Assembly: GCF_963921235.1 (NCBI RefSeq)
Contig: NC_086104.1
Coordinates: 40,424,001 to 40,488,000, forward strand
Source: Mobula hypostoma
Lineage: Eukaryota
Length of the DNA: 64,000 nucleotides
Direction of reading: 5' to 3'
In this document: positions 26,930 to 38,613 of the stretch, one piece after another
How positions within the stretch are numbered: position 1 is the stretch's first letter
Layout of the letters: the number at the start of each line of letters is the position of its first letter
Notes under the pieces: generated by a model
What the model saw: the letters and a program-made list of their open reading frames with translations, nothing else
The model's database searches: none
What the model was told of the DNA's origin: nothing
Program-made: the position numbers and the translations under genes

Positions 26930-28435
26930 AACTTTGAGTAACAAATAGAACCCTTTGGCTCACCTAGTCTTTGCTGACCGTGATGCCAAATTAAACTAAT
27001 TCCATCTGCTGCACATGGTAAATATTATTCTGTTCCTGTCTGCTCAAATGCCTGTATAAATGCCTCTGAAATATTTGCTATCATGTCTGCTGCCACTACC
27101 TCTTTTGGCAGTATATTACAGGCACCTACCACTCTGTTAAAAAAAAGAACTTGCCTTTTAAGCTACCTACCACTTTAAAGATGTGTCTTTTAGTACTTGA
27201 CATCTTGACTCTGGGAAAGATCATCCTATCAACCTCATCTATATCTCTCAAAAATTTAAATACTTCTTTCAGTTTGCCCCTCAGCCTCAGGCACTCCAGA
27301 GAAAACAATATAAGTTGTCCGGTCTCTTCTTATAACCATAAATTCAGGTCATGTCTAGGTGAATCTCTTTTGCTTTGGCTCCAGAGCTTCAATGTGCTTC
27401 CTGGAATACATAAAGTGTGGCCTAACCACAGCTTTATACAATGTAAGGTGGCTTCCTGACTTTTATACTCAGTGACCTGATCAATGAAGAGAAATATGCT
27501 GTATGCCTTCTTTACCGCCTTATTGAATTGAATTGACTTTATTACGTACATCCTTCACATACATGAGGAGTAAAAATCTTTGTTACATCTCTATCTAAAT
27601 GTGCAATTTAAAATAATTTGTTATAAATAGTATGTACAACAGGAGAGTCAATATAGCATAGAAATACAATTGCATCAGCATGAATTAATCAGTCTGATGG
27701 CCTGGTGGAAGAAGCTGTCTGGGATCCTGTTGGTCCTGGCTTTAATGCTGCGGTACCATTTCCTGGATGGTAGCAGCTGAAATGTTTTGTGGTTGGGGTG
27801 ACTTGGGTCCCCAATGATCCTTCAGGCCCTTTTTACACACCTGTCTCTGTAAATGTCCTGAATAATGGGAAGTTCGCATTTATAGATGCGCTGGGCTGTC
27901 TGCACCACTCTCTGCATAGTCCTGCAGTTGAGGGGAGTTCAGTTCCCATGCCAGGCAGTGATGCAGCCAGTCAGAATGCTGTCAATCCACGCCCCTGTAG
28001 AAAGTCCTTAGTATTTGGGGACCCATACCAAACTTCTTCAACCATCTGAGATGAAAAAGGCTATTTTCACCAAACAGCCGGTATGTATAAACCACGTGAG
28101 ATCCACGGTGATGTGGATGCCGAGGAACTTAAAGCTGTTCACCCTCTCAACCCCAGATCCATTGATGTCAATAGGGGTTAGCCTAACTCCATTATCTACT
28201 TCTGTTGCCATTTTCAGGGAGCTTTGCACCCAAAATCCTTCTGTACATTAATGCCGCTAAATGTCCTGCCGATTATCATATATTTAGCCTCTTGCATTTG
28301 ACCTCACACCTGTCTAGATTATACTCCATCTGCCATTTCTGTGCCCATTTTTCCAACTGATCTATTTTTTCTGTATCCTTTGACGATCCTCACAAGCCAT
28401 AACTCTGCCAATTTTTGTGACTTTTGCGAATTCAC
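26930..28435 (-). mobile_element. CR1 fragment split by a Rex1-like insertion (27520-28190)
   Basis: FSLECLRLRGKLKEVFK and AVKKAYSIFLFI on one side, RT remnants at 28190-28435 on the other. Confidence 0.75.
27520..28190 (-). mobile_element. Rex1/Babar-like LINE 3' fragment
   Basis: PIDINGSGVERVNSFKFLGIHITVDLTW; reverse LLPSRKWYRSIKARTNRI; (caatt)n tail. Confidence 0.8.
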
Positions 28436-28537
28436 ACCTGTTGGAAAGATTTAAATTTGATTCCTCCTTGGTATATGCTCAGATGTGTAAGACAAAATGG
28501 TGTCAGCTTGATGCGTGTAATCCTTGAGATTAGATAT

Positions 28538-29400
28538 TAGAGTCATAAAGCACTCCAGCACTGAAGCAGGCCCTTCAGCCCATCTAGTCCATGCTGAACT
28601 GTTTTGCCTAGTCACATCAACCTGCACCTGGACTGTAGCCCTCCATACCACTCCTGTCTATGTACTTTTCCATAGTTCTCTTAAATGTTGAAATCAAACC
28701 GATATCCACCACCTCTTTTGGCAGTTCATTCTGCACTCTCACCATCCTCTGAGTGAAGAACTTTTCTGTCATGTTCCTGTAAACATTTCACCTTTCACTC
28801 TTAACCCATGACTCCTTGTTCAAGAGTCACCCAACCTCAGTAGAAATAAAAGCCTTGTCCATACTACTCATAAATTGTATATAGCTCTATTAAATCTTCC
28901 CTCAGTATTCCATGTTCTAAGGAAAAAAGTCTCAACATATTCAACCTTTCCTTCTAGTTCAGGGTCCTCAAGTCCTTGTAAATTTTCTGTATGTTCTTTC
29001 AATGTTATTTACATCTTTCCTGCAGGCAGGTGACCAAAACTGGGCACGATACTCCAAACTATGCCTCATCAATATCTTATATGACTTTGACATAACATCC
29101 CAACTCTTGTACTCAATGCATTGATTTATGAAGGCCAAAATGCCAATAGCTTTCTTTACAACCCTATCTACCTGTGACACCACTTTCAAGGAATTATTGA
29201 TCTCTATTCCCAGATCCCTCTTCTACCACACTCCTCAGTGGCCTACCATTCCCTGTGTTAAATCCTACCCTGGTTTGTCCTCCCAAAGTGCAACACCTTG
29301 TCTGCATTAAATTCCATCTGCCATTTTTTCAGCCCATTTTTCCAGCTAGTCCAGATCCTACTGTAAGCTTTGATAGCCTTCCTCACTGTCCACTATGCCC
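28538..29400 (-). mobile_element. CR1 3' fragment
   Basis: KVVSQVDRVVKKAIGILAFI...LEYRAQFWSP..RKD; 3' UTR WTRWAEGPASVL. Confidence 0.85.
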
Positions 29401-30055
29401 CGGATATTGAAGAATGTTTTCCTCCTTTCAGACCGGTTGTTTCAGTTTCTAAGTTATGGGCCTAGGCCAAAGGTCATGGTCAGCACAATCCATCACAATG
29501 TTTCACCAACAACAGGAGGTAATTCTAGAGGTAACATTTGCAAGTATTCTGAAGGCATTATCAGTCAGCATTTGTGCCCAATGATTGAGTAGCATCAGCA
29601 GAGGACGGCCACAGTAAGATTACAGTTCTGTGAGACCATTCCAATGTGAATATTGGTGAATATCGATCAGGGTGGTTACACAAAGTGTTTTCCAAAAATT
29701 GCATCAATCATTATGAACTGACAGAAAATAGGGAAGTACAGTGAAAATAGCATTAAAAGACATGGGAAGGAGTTTCTACTAGGGGCTAGAACCTTACCAG
29801 ATTTTCAAAACTACTTGAAAACACATTACCCAATGCCCTCAGGTGACTGAAACCACAGCAGAACCTGAGTGTAGTGAAACCCAACACAATACAAAGGGGG
29901 GGTGGGACTAGTGTTGGAAAATATATAGGAATCTATCACTTTTGTACTAGGATATCAAGATTGATTTATTTAGAAATACAGCGTGGAACAGGCTCTTCTG
30001 GCCCAACGAGTTGCACGGCCCAGCAACCTACTTATTTAACCCTACCCTAATCACA

Positions 30056-30660
30056 TCGAGTGTGACAGTGTAATGGGTGTTGCGTGACACTCTTGTGTTC
30101 AGCTTCCACCGCTGACTAGCAGTGTCACAAAAAGGAGAGCTGAATGCGCAAGTCTCCCTGGTAGTGCATAGCCTCCCCAACAGCAAGCCTCAGGTAGTGC
30201 TTCTTCACTAAAGACAGACAGAAACTGTACTCCTTTCAGACTCAGGTTGAACTACAGAGGACGGGGAGGAGGTTTGGCCCCTGCACACGTAGCACGCAGG
30301 CCCACCGGCATGTGGACACGCCCTGGTGCTCATGAACCAGATCCACAGCTCTGGGTAAATAGCCCCACTGCCTTGTGGGGGCAGCCTTGGGAGAGATGAA
30401 GGCTACAGGAGTAAACCCAGACAGAAAGTCTAAAGTGGAACCCATAAGATGGCTGTGCCTCACTGAACGTCTTTCCAGCAGCTCCTGCAGCTAAGCTGGT
30501 GCCAAACATATTCCTTCGCTTTCCTTTGGACTACACAGCCGAAGCCGAGAGGCAGATCTTGACGACTGGGCATCCCAGGATCTCCATACCTTTCACCCAG
30601 GCTTGTGCCCTGGAGAGATCAGTCCATTGTCCTTGGAGACAGATGGATGCCATCATCATC
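30056..30660 (+). mobile_element. Non-autonomous retroelement with (ATC)n tail, probably RTE-related
   Basis: Exact 7-bp TSD aatcaca (30049-30055 / 30661-30667); 3' end gatggatgccatcatcatc. Confidence 0.7.
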
Positions 30661-30695
30661 AATCACAGGAGAATTTACAACAACCAATTAACTTA

Positions 30696-30869
30696 CTTCA
30701 GCCGGTCGGTGGTGCAGTGGCATCAGCACCGGCCTTCAAGGCAAATGGTCCCGAGTTTGAATCCGGCTGGCTCTTTGTACACTTTCCATTGGCCGCATAA
30801 AAAAGTCAAATGCTATGGAAATGGCAAAAATGATGCCCGATGTGTCACAAACCACGAAAAGCAACAACA
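30696..30869 (+). mobile_element. tRNA-derived SINE with (CAA)n tail
   Basis: A box ggtggtgcagtgg, B box gagtttgaatcc; TSD aattaactta/aattaaccta. Confidence 0.8.
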
Positions 30870-31559
30870 AATTAACCTATTAACCACCATTTCCTTGGGA
30901 GGAAATCAGAACGCCGGGAGAAAACCCACGCGTTCATGGGAAGGACTTATTACAGAGGACCAACTCCGAACTCGGACCCCCTGAGTCGTAATAGTGTCAC
31001 ACTATCTGCTTGGCCCCAGTGCACATACTCTAAGCGAAATAGTGGTGCTTGCCTGCAAAGCAGCTATTCACCCATCTCAGAAGGGTGAACAAAACAGGAA
31101 TGAAACAGGAATCAGTCAAAAACAGAAAGAAGAGAGGACTATTGGAATTGGTAGGAGTAGATTATGCATCGGGGTAGTAACAGTCAGTACCCTAAATATA
31201 GCAGAATTAGATAACCTGATAGTCTCTCTCCAACAGAAAATGTGGGATATTATGGGAGAAAGTTGTCAGGATCAGATACGAACTAACTCACTGGGTCAGG
31301 ATGCATTCTGGGTGCAGTTAAATTTCTGAAGCCCCTTCAAGATACAACAAACTTGATTATTGAACGTTTAGACATCACTTCTGGAACAGCACCTGGTGTT
31401 GAGGCATGTGTTACCTGTACTAATTGTCACTGACATGAATCAGCAATTGTGAAAGTATGTTGCCCTGACTTGCCACCCATTATTCATTGATATAGACTGG
31501 ATATAAGATGTGGAGGTGGCAAGGAGATAATCTATCAATGGGCCAAACACACTAAGGTA

Positions 31560-32035
31560 ATTTAAACACAAGCTCATAAGGCAATTGAAGTGTAGCATGC
31601 CCAGATTTTTTGGTTAAGTCTTTGGAATTGGGGAGCATACATCAGATACATCCCTGGCTTGGGATCTTGTCGTACTTATATTAGTTGTACTTTGCAATGC
31701 AACTTCCATCTGGAGAGACCATTGAACCTGAAGCTACTGTGGGAAGGTATTTCCAATACTGTATACTACTCTCCCGTGGATCACATAGGCTCTTTTCTGA
31801 CCAGTGTGCCATGGAAAGACTCATCAAAAGCTTTGCTAAAATCAGTGTAAAATGTATCAAGAGCACTTTCTTCATTTTACTTCCTTGTTACCTTTACGTA
31901 ATTCAGTTAGGTCAGTCAGACAAAAACATCCTTTAGCAAACCCCGATGCAGACGCAAATTATTCTATGCTTTACTAAATGAAGATTTAAACTGATGCTGC
32001 GATTCAATTTGAATAATTTGTCCATCACCAAGAGT
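31560..32035 (-). mobile_element. Old CR1 RT fragment
   Basis: catcaaaagctttgctaaaatcagtgtaaa is a reverse D-FSKAFD motif. Confidence 0.5.
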
Positions 32036-32508
32036 AAACAAGTTGCTAATAATTATTAGTTATTCCCTCTTTTTAAAACAAAACAATAGCAGTCATGTAA
32101 ATCTCCAGCACCACTTCTGTAACCGTGGAGGACTTTAAAATGGTAGTATTCTTTTAACATAGCCTCCAGTGTTATATATTGCATCTGGTGCTTTTCTTGT
32201 GCTCCCCAACCCCACTCCCCAGGATTGATGAGACCAGATGCAAACAGAGACCACATTGTCAAGCACTACACTCGACCCACCATGCCCATCTAGCTCTCCA
32301 GGTTGCCAGCCATGTTAACTCTTCTTAACTTTCCCTCAGCAATATGTCTGTCCTTGACCCCTTGACTGCCAGGTTGAAGCTCTATGCAAACAAGTGCCTC
32401 ATGTTCTTCTTGGACACCCTATTATCTGGCAGAATGGATATTGAGTTCTCCAAGATCTAGTAACTCCTTTCCCTTTGTCCCTTTACTCTCCTCTCCTGAT
32501 CTATCTGA

Positions 32509-33029
32509 GCCCATCACTATGTCTCTTACCCCTCCTCCATCTCCCATCACTATCTCTTACCCCTCCTCCATCTCCCATCACTATCTCTTACCCCTCCTCC
32601 ATCTCCCATCACTATCTCTTACCCCTCCTCCATCTCCCATCACTATCTCTTACCCCTCCTCCATCTCCCATCACTATCTCTTACCCCTCCTCCATCTCCC
32701 ATCACTATGTCTCTTACCCCTCCTCCATCTCCCATCACTATCTCTTACCCCTCCTCCATCTCCTATCACTATGTCTCTTACCCCTTCTCCATCTCCCATC
32801 ACTATCTCTTACCCCTCCTCCATCTTCCATCACTATCTCTTACCCCTCCTCCATCTCCCATCACTATCTCTTACCCCTCCTCCACCTTCTTCATCTTCCC
32901 ATCACTGTCTCTTACCCCTCCTCCATCTCCCATCACTATCTCTTACCCCCTTCCATCTCCCATCACTATGTCTCTTACCCCTCCTCCACCTTCTCCATCT
33001 TCCCATCACTCTTACCCCTCCTCCACCTT
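32509..33029. repeat. 31-bp C/T-rich minisatellite (~16-17 units), continuing at 34374-34465
   Basis: Unit ctatctcttacccctcctccatctcccatca, with ctatgt and longer ccaccttc variants. Confidence 0.95.
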
Positions 33030-34373
33030 TGGAACAGCACATTTGGAAAGCGGTGAAATGATCGGACAAAGTCAGCATGGATTTGTGAAAGGAAAATCAT
33101 GTCTGACGAATCTCATAGAATTTTTTGAGGATGTAACTAGTAGAGTGGATAGGGGAGAACCAGTGGATGTGGTATATTTGGATTTTCAAAAGGCTTTTGA
33201 CAAGGTCCCACACAGGAGATTAGTGTGCAAACTTAAAGCACATGGTATTGGGGGTAAGGTATTGGTGTGGGTGGAGAATTGGTTAGCAGACAGGAAGCAA
33301 AGAGTGGGAATAAACGGGACCTTTTCAGAATGGCAGGCGGTGACTAGTGGGGTACCGCAAGGCTCAGTGCTGGGACCCCAGTTGTTTATAATATATATTA
33401 ATGACTTGGATGAGGGAATTAAATGCAGCATCTCCAAGTTTGCGGATGACACGAAGCTGGGTGGCAGTGTTAGCAGTGAGGAGGATGCTAAGAGGATGCA
33501 GGGTGACTTGGATAGGTTGGGTGAGTGGGCAAACTCATGGCAGATGCAATTTAATGTGGATAAATGTGAAGTTATCCACTTTGGTGGCAAAAATAGGAAA
33601 ACAGATTATTATCTGAATGGTGGCCGATTAGGAAAAGGGGAGGTGCAACGAGACCTGGGTGTCATTATACACCAGTCATTGAAAGTGGGCATGCAGGTAC
33701 AGCAGGCGGTGAAAAAGGCGAACGGTATGCTGGCATTTATAGCGAGAGGATTCGAGTACAGGAGCAGGGAGGTACTACTGCAGTTGTACAAGGCCTTGGT
33801 GAGACCACACCTGGAGTATTGTGTGCAGTTTTGGTCCCCTAATCTGAGGAAAGACATCCTTGCCATAGAGGGAGTACAAAGAAGGTTCACCAGATTGATT
33901 CCTGGGATGGCAGGTCTTTCATATGAAGAAAGACTGGATGAACTGGGCTTGTACTCGTTGGAATTTAGAAGATTGAGGGGGGATCTGATTGAAACGTATA
34001 AGATCCTAAAGGGATTGGACAGGCTAGATGCGGGAAGATTGTTCCCGATGTTGGGGAGGTCTAGAACGAGGGGTCACAGTTTGAGGATAGAGGGGAAGCC
34101 TTTTAGGACCGAGGTTAGGAAAAACTTCTTCACACAGAGAGTGGTGAATCTGTGGAATTCTCTGCCACAGCAAACTGTTGAGGCCAGTTCATTAGCTATG
34201 TTTAAAAGGAAGTTAGATATGGCCCTTGTGGCTACAGGGGTCACGGGGTATGGAGGGAAGGCTGGGTTCTGAGTTGGATGATCAGCCATGATCATAATAA
34301 ATGGCGGTGCAGGCTCGAAGGGCCGAATGGCCTACTCCTGCACCTATTTTCTATGTTTCTATGTTTCTATGTT
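33030..34373 (+). mobile_element. Young 5'-truncated CR1 LINE with uninterrupted RT reading frame
   Basis: Frame is open to the stop at 34272: QHGFVKGKSCLTNL, YLDFQKAFDKVPH, GVPQGSVLGP, KFADDTK; 3' (ttctatgt)n tail. Confidence 0.97.
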
Positions 34374-34959
34374 TCTTCATCTTCCCATCACTGTCTCTTA
34401 CCCCTCCTCCACCTTCTCCATCTTCCCATCACTGTCTCTTACCCCTCCTCCATCTCCCATCACTAATGAACTCCTCTCACTGGTTCCCTTCACTTTCTAT
34501 ACCCCTCTGACCTCCCCATCTCCCTCCCCTTACTCTATGCTCCATCTTCCTCTCCTATCAGATTCCATGGTATTAAGACCTTTGTCACTTCTACCTGTCA
34601 CCTCCCAGCTTTCAGTGCCTTTCCTTCTCTCCTCTCCCCTCCCCTGTCTGCCAGTCACCCCTTCCTCACTCCTGGAACCACATATCACCTGCCAATTCTT
34701 GCTTTATCCCTCCTCTCCACCACTTTACACTGGCTATCCACCTCACCTTTCAATCCAGGTGAAGAGCCTCGACCCGAAATGTTGACTGCCCATTTCCCTG
34801 TATAGAAGTTGCCACTCACTGAGTTTCCCAAGTGTTTTGTGTGTTGCTCTGGGACTTCTTTTAGTTGGTGTTGACAATCTGTCCATTTTCAAAAATGAAA
34901 AGCCCTTAATGCTACTTATTCTAATGTAGTTAGCCCGCCATTCGCTGTGCCCACAACAT

Positions 34960-35530
34960 AGATCTTAGTCACACCTTTGTCCATCTTTTAGTTATCTTAC
35001 TCCTTGTATACCAGTAAAATACTTTTGGCGTTCTATCGATATCATACATTCTCTTTTGCCTTTCCAATTTTCCTTTTAATTGAGTTCCGATACCTATACC
35101 TTTCCAGACTTTGTACTGTATTAGTGTCTGGGAAAATATTTTCTTTCTTGTCTGATCCAACCCTCTGCTCACTTTGTCATCTGGTGCTCCAGGTTTAATC
35201 ATTTTATTTGTGGTAACCTTCATATGCTGAATCCCTTGACTTTCCTGAGAATGAACTACTGTCAAAAAGTTGTTTCTCATCCATTCCTGCCAGATCACTT
35301 TAGTCTAGTGAAATTGGCCTTGGTTCAATCTAGAACTTGTGATACTGTCTTTGTTCTTTTCTAAAACTATACTAAACTTAACTATGTTATGGAAATATCA
35401 TGAGTTTTATTCTATCTACTCAGCCTCATTTCCTAGAATAAACTAAAATTGCCCCGGCCCCCTCTTTTTGGTTGGGCTTGCAACATATTGGTTAAAAAAT
35501 ACTTGTCAATGCAATTTAGGAATTCTTATT
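34960..35530 (-). mobile_element. Old CR1 fragment (endonuclease/linker region)
   Basis: PKVFYWYTRSK; diverged similarity to CR1 ORF2. Confidence 0.5.
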
Positions 35531-35654
35531 CCTCTGAATCTTTTTTACTGATTTATTGGTCATGTATTATTACTGTACACGCTGTTTACTCTGTGAGCCT
35601 CATGCAAACAAGGAATTTCAATGCACCCTGGTGTAAGTGACAATAAACTAAGCC

Positions 35655-36062
35655 CAGGCCATGACAACAGGAGCCACTGTCAGTCGTATCTGCAGGAGGT
35701 GCTGCCTCAAAAAGCAACTGGCGTCATCGAAGATCCCCATTGTCCAGGCCATGCCATCTCTTCAGCTCCCACTGGGCAGGAGTTACATGAGCCTGAAGTT
35801 CCACACCACCAGGTTCAAGAACAGATAGTTCAATTATTTGGTTCTTGAACCAACTTGCACAGGCTTAGTCACTACATATAGCAACACTATGTCCACTTTG
35901 CACCAAAATTGACTTTATTTTGTTCTACCTGTGTTTTCTTGTTTTTAAAAAAAGTGTATAATTTAGATTTATGTCTTCCTTACGAATGCCACTGCAAATT
36001 CTTTTAATTGTACCTAGTGCATACATATACTTGAGCATCTGACAATAAACTCGGCTTTGATG
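35655..36062 (+). mobile_element. Rex1/Babar-like LINE 3' fragment
   Basis: KKATGVIEDPHCPGHA...; caccaccaggttcaagaacag; ends gacaataaactcggctttga. Confidence 0.7.
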
Positions 36063-36079
36063 GAATCTGAATCTATTAT

Positions 36080-36220
36080 CTATTATTTCCCCTTCCCCAG
36101 CTACTTACTCTGGCTTCTGCTCCCTTCCTTTCCTGTCCCAGTGAAGGGTCTCGGCCCAGAACGACTGTTGATTCACCCCCACAGATGTCCCCTGACTTGC
36201 TGAGTTCCTCCAGCATTTTT
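36080..36220 (+). mobile_element. Penelope-like terminal fragment
   Basis: gtgaagggtctcggcccagaacgactg...cctgacttgctgagttcctccagcatttt. Confidence 0.7.
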
Positions 36221-36594
36221 AATTTATTTATATACAGAGCAGAACAGATCCTTCTGGCCCACCAAGGCACCGGCAACCCTCCGATTTAAACCTAGCCAAA
36301 CCACAGGACAATTTACAATGACCAATTAATAACTTACTAACCAATACGTCTTTGGCCTGTGGGAATAAACCCACACCATTTGCTATTCGACAGCCTTTTC
36401 GACCCGTGATAATCTTGTGGTTTTTTCATTAATGATTCTATATAAGTGGAATGCTGTCAAAACCTATGTGACCCTGAGGAGGTTTGTGAAAGGAGATATT
36501 GCTTCTTCTGGTTGGTATTCCATGAGGGTGGACTGTACTCTACCCTGTAAGTCATGATGTTTCACTGTCCTGTCAAACAACACCCTTATCCCAT

Positions 36595-38505
36595 GCAACA
36601 CACACACACACACACAAAATGCTTGGAGGAACTCAACAAGTCAGGCAGCATCTGTGGAAATAAATAAACAGTTGTCTTTTAGGCCCAGACCCTTCCTCAG
36701 GGCTGGAGAGGAAAGGAGAAGACTCCGGAATAAATAGGTGGGGGGCGGGTAGAGGGAGGAGGATAGCTAGAAATGTATCAAGCGAAGCCAGGGGAGTGGG
36801 AAAGGTAAAGGGCTGGAGAGGAAGGAATCTAATGGGAGAAGCGTGGACCATAGGAGAAACGGAAGGAGGAGGGGTCCCCAGAGAGAGGTGATAGGCAGAT
36901 GAGAAGAGGTAAGAGGGTAGAGTGGGGAATAGGAGAAAAAGCGAGAGGAAAATGTCTTTTACCGTAAGGGGAAATCGATATTCATGCCATCAAGTTGGAT
37001 GCTATCCAGACGGAATATAACGTGTTTGTTGCTCCTCCACTCTGAGGGTGTCCACATCTGGCACAAGGAGAGGCCATGGACCAATATTTCGGAACGGGAA
37101 TGGAATTCGGATTTAAATTGTTTGGCCAGCGGGAAGTTAAGCTTTAGCGGTTGGAGCGGAGGTGCTGGACGAAGCAGTCCGCCAATTTACGATGCGTCTC
37201 GCTAACGTGGAAGAGGCCACATCGGGAGCACCGGATACAGTAGACGACCCCAGCAGATTCGCAGGCGAAGTGTTACCTCACCTGGAAGGACTGTTTGGGG
37301 CCCTGATGGAGGTTAGGGAGGAGGTGAATGAATGAGCACTTTGACCGCTTGCGGGGAAGGAGATTAGTGCGAGGTACGAATGTACAAGGGAATCACGGAA
37401 GGAGAGATCCATGCGGAAAGCGGAGTATGGGGCGGGGGGGGGTAAAGTTGGTGGTAGGATCCCTTTGGAAATGGCAATGGTTGCGGAGGACAACGTGTTG
37501 GATGCGAAAGCTCGTGGGCAGTAAGGACGGGCAAGAGGAACTCTTATATCGCGGTTAAGTGCGGATGTTCGGGAAATTAAGATGACGGGGTAACCCGTTC
37601 TTTGAAGTAGAGTGGCACCTCTGATGTCCTGAAAAGGAAAATCGTATCCTAGGAACAAATGCAGCGGTACGAAGGAACTGAGAAAAAAAATAGCATTTTT
37701 ACAAGAAACAGGGTGGGAAGAGGTATAGTCAAGGTAACTGTGGGAACCGGTAGGTTTATGAAAGATGTCAGTGGACAGTTTGTTTCCGGAGATGGAGACA
37801 GAGAGATCGAGAAAAGGAAGGGAGATGTCAGAAATTGACCAATGAATTTAAGGACAGGGTGGAAGTTGATGAAATTGACGAACTCGGCATTGGTGCATGA
37901 AGCAGCAGCAATGCAGTCGGCAATTTAGCGAAGGGAGAGCTGGGGAGCGTTAACCGGGAAAGGCTTGGTACATGGACTGTTCTACACAGCCAATGAAGAG
38001 GCAGGCAAAGCTGGGGCTCGTACGGATGCCCATGGCTACCCCTCGAGTTTGGAGAAAGTGTGAGGAGCAGCAGGAAAAATTGTTGAGGGTAAGGACCAGT
38101 TCTACCAGATGGAGAACAGTGGTGGTAGTGGAGGAACTGACTGGTTCTTTTTTTTTTGAGAAAGAAACAGGGAGCTTTAAGGCCTTCATGATGGAGGATA
38201 GAAGTGTAGAGAGACTGGACGTTCATGGTGAAAATGAGGCGGCCAGGGACAGGGAATTAAAAGTTACCGTGGAAATCGAGTGCATGTGAATTGTCCAGGA
38301 CGTAGCTGGGATTGGACTGAACCAAACCAAGGGCAATAGAGTGGAGTCGAGGTACGAGGACACAAGTTGAGTGGGGCAGGCGGAGACAACAGGCCCACCC
38401 GGACAGTCAGGACAGGTTTGTGGATCTTGGGCAGGAGGGAAAAGCGAGCAGCGCGGGATAAAGGGAATAGGAATTTGTCGACAGCGGACGGGAGCTCTCC
38501 ACCCA
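36595..38505 (-). mobile_element. Penelope-like retroelement (RT plus GIY-YIG endonuclease), degenerate and 5'-truncated
   Basis: RT motifs FSLLPKIHKP, MNVQSLYTSI, LVELVLTLNNFS, QTRGVAMGIRTSPSFACLF; GIY-YIG-like HFACESAGVVYCIRCSRCGLFHVSE at ~37200-37275; terminus with hammerhead remnant at 36668-36706. Confidence 0.9.
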
Positions 38506-38519
38506 CATCCCTTTGAACC

Positions 38520-38613
38520 CGAGAGGCAGTCCAATCAGAATTACCAATACGAGGAGGCGCCGGCTGACAATCGGACCAATAAACGTTGCTGCAGCGGGAG
38601 TCAAGGATCCCAA
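38520..38613 (+). promoter_or_regulatory. TBCC: TBCC core promoter with tandem CCAAT boxes
   Basis: CCAAT at 38531, 38544 and 38576 (last two 32 bp apart, typical NF-Y spacing) immediately upstream of the ATG, in CpG-rich context. Confidence 0.6.

Larger units (their letters stand above)
29965..31012 (-). mobile_element. V-SINE (HE1-like) tRNA-derived SINE carrying two nested insertions
   Basis: CR1-derived tail at 29965-30055; V-domain remnant gggaggaaatcagaacgccgggagaaaacccacgcg at 30897-30932. A second partial copy at ~36230-36380 shows the uninterrupted order. Confidence 0.7.
32290..34850 (+). mobile_element. Penelope-like relic (ORF end, UTR, terminus) hosting a minisatellite and a young CR1
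   Basis: ORF end ...MDIEFSKI* near 32435-32463; UTR resumes at ~34470 and ends caatccaggtgaagagcctcgacccgaaatgttgactg...ttttgtgtgttgctc. Confidence 0.7.

Noticed and set aside
32509-33029. CRISPR-like array
   Set aside because: Head-to-tail tandem units with no unique spacers, in a eukaryotic context.
32384-33061. Leu/His/Pro-rich ORFs (225 aa and 193 aa)
   Set aside because: They are translations of the nearly stop-free 31-bp minisatellite.
32707-34272. 521-aa ORF as a host gene or domesticated RT
   Set aside because: It is a minisatellite fused to a young truncated CR1. The open frame reflects youth, and no promoter or splice evidence is visible.
38371-38613. 81-aa N-terminal extension of TBCC in the 428-aa ORF
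   Set aside because: It starts at a GTG inside the antisense Penelope relic and runs through the CCAAT boxes. The ATG at 38614 gives an orthologue-sized protein.
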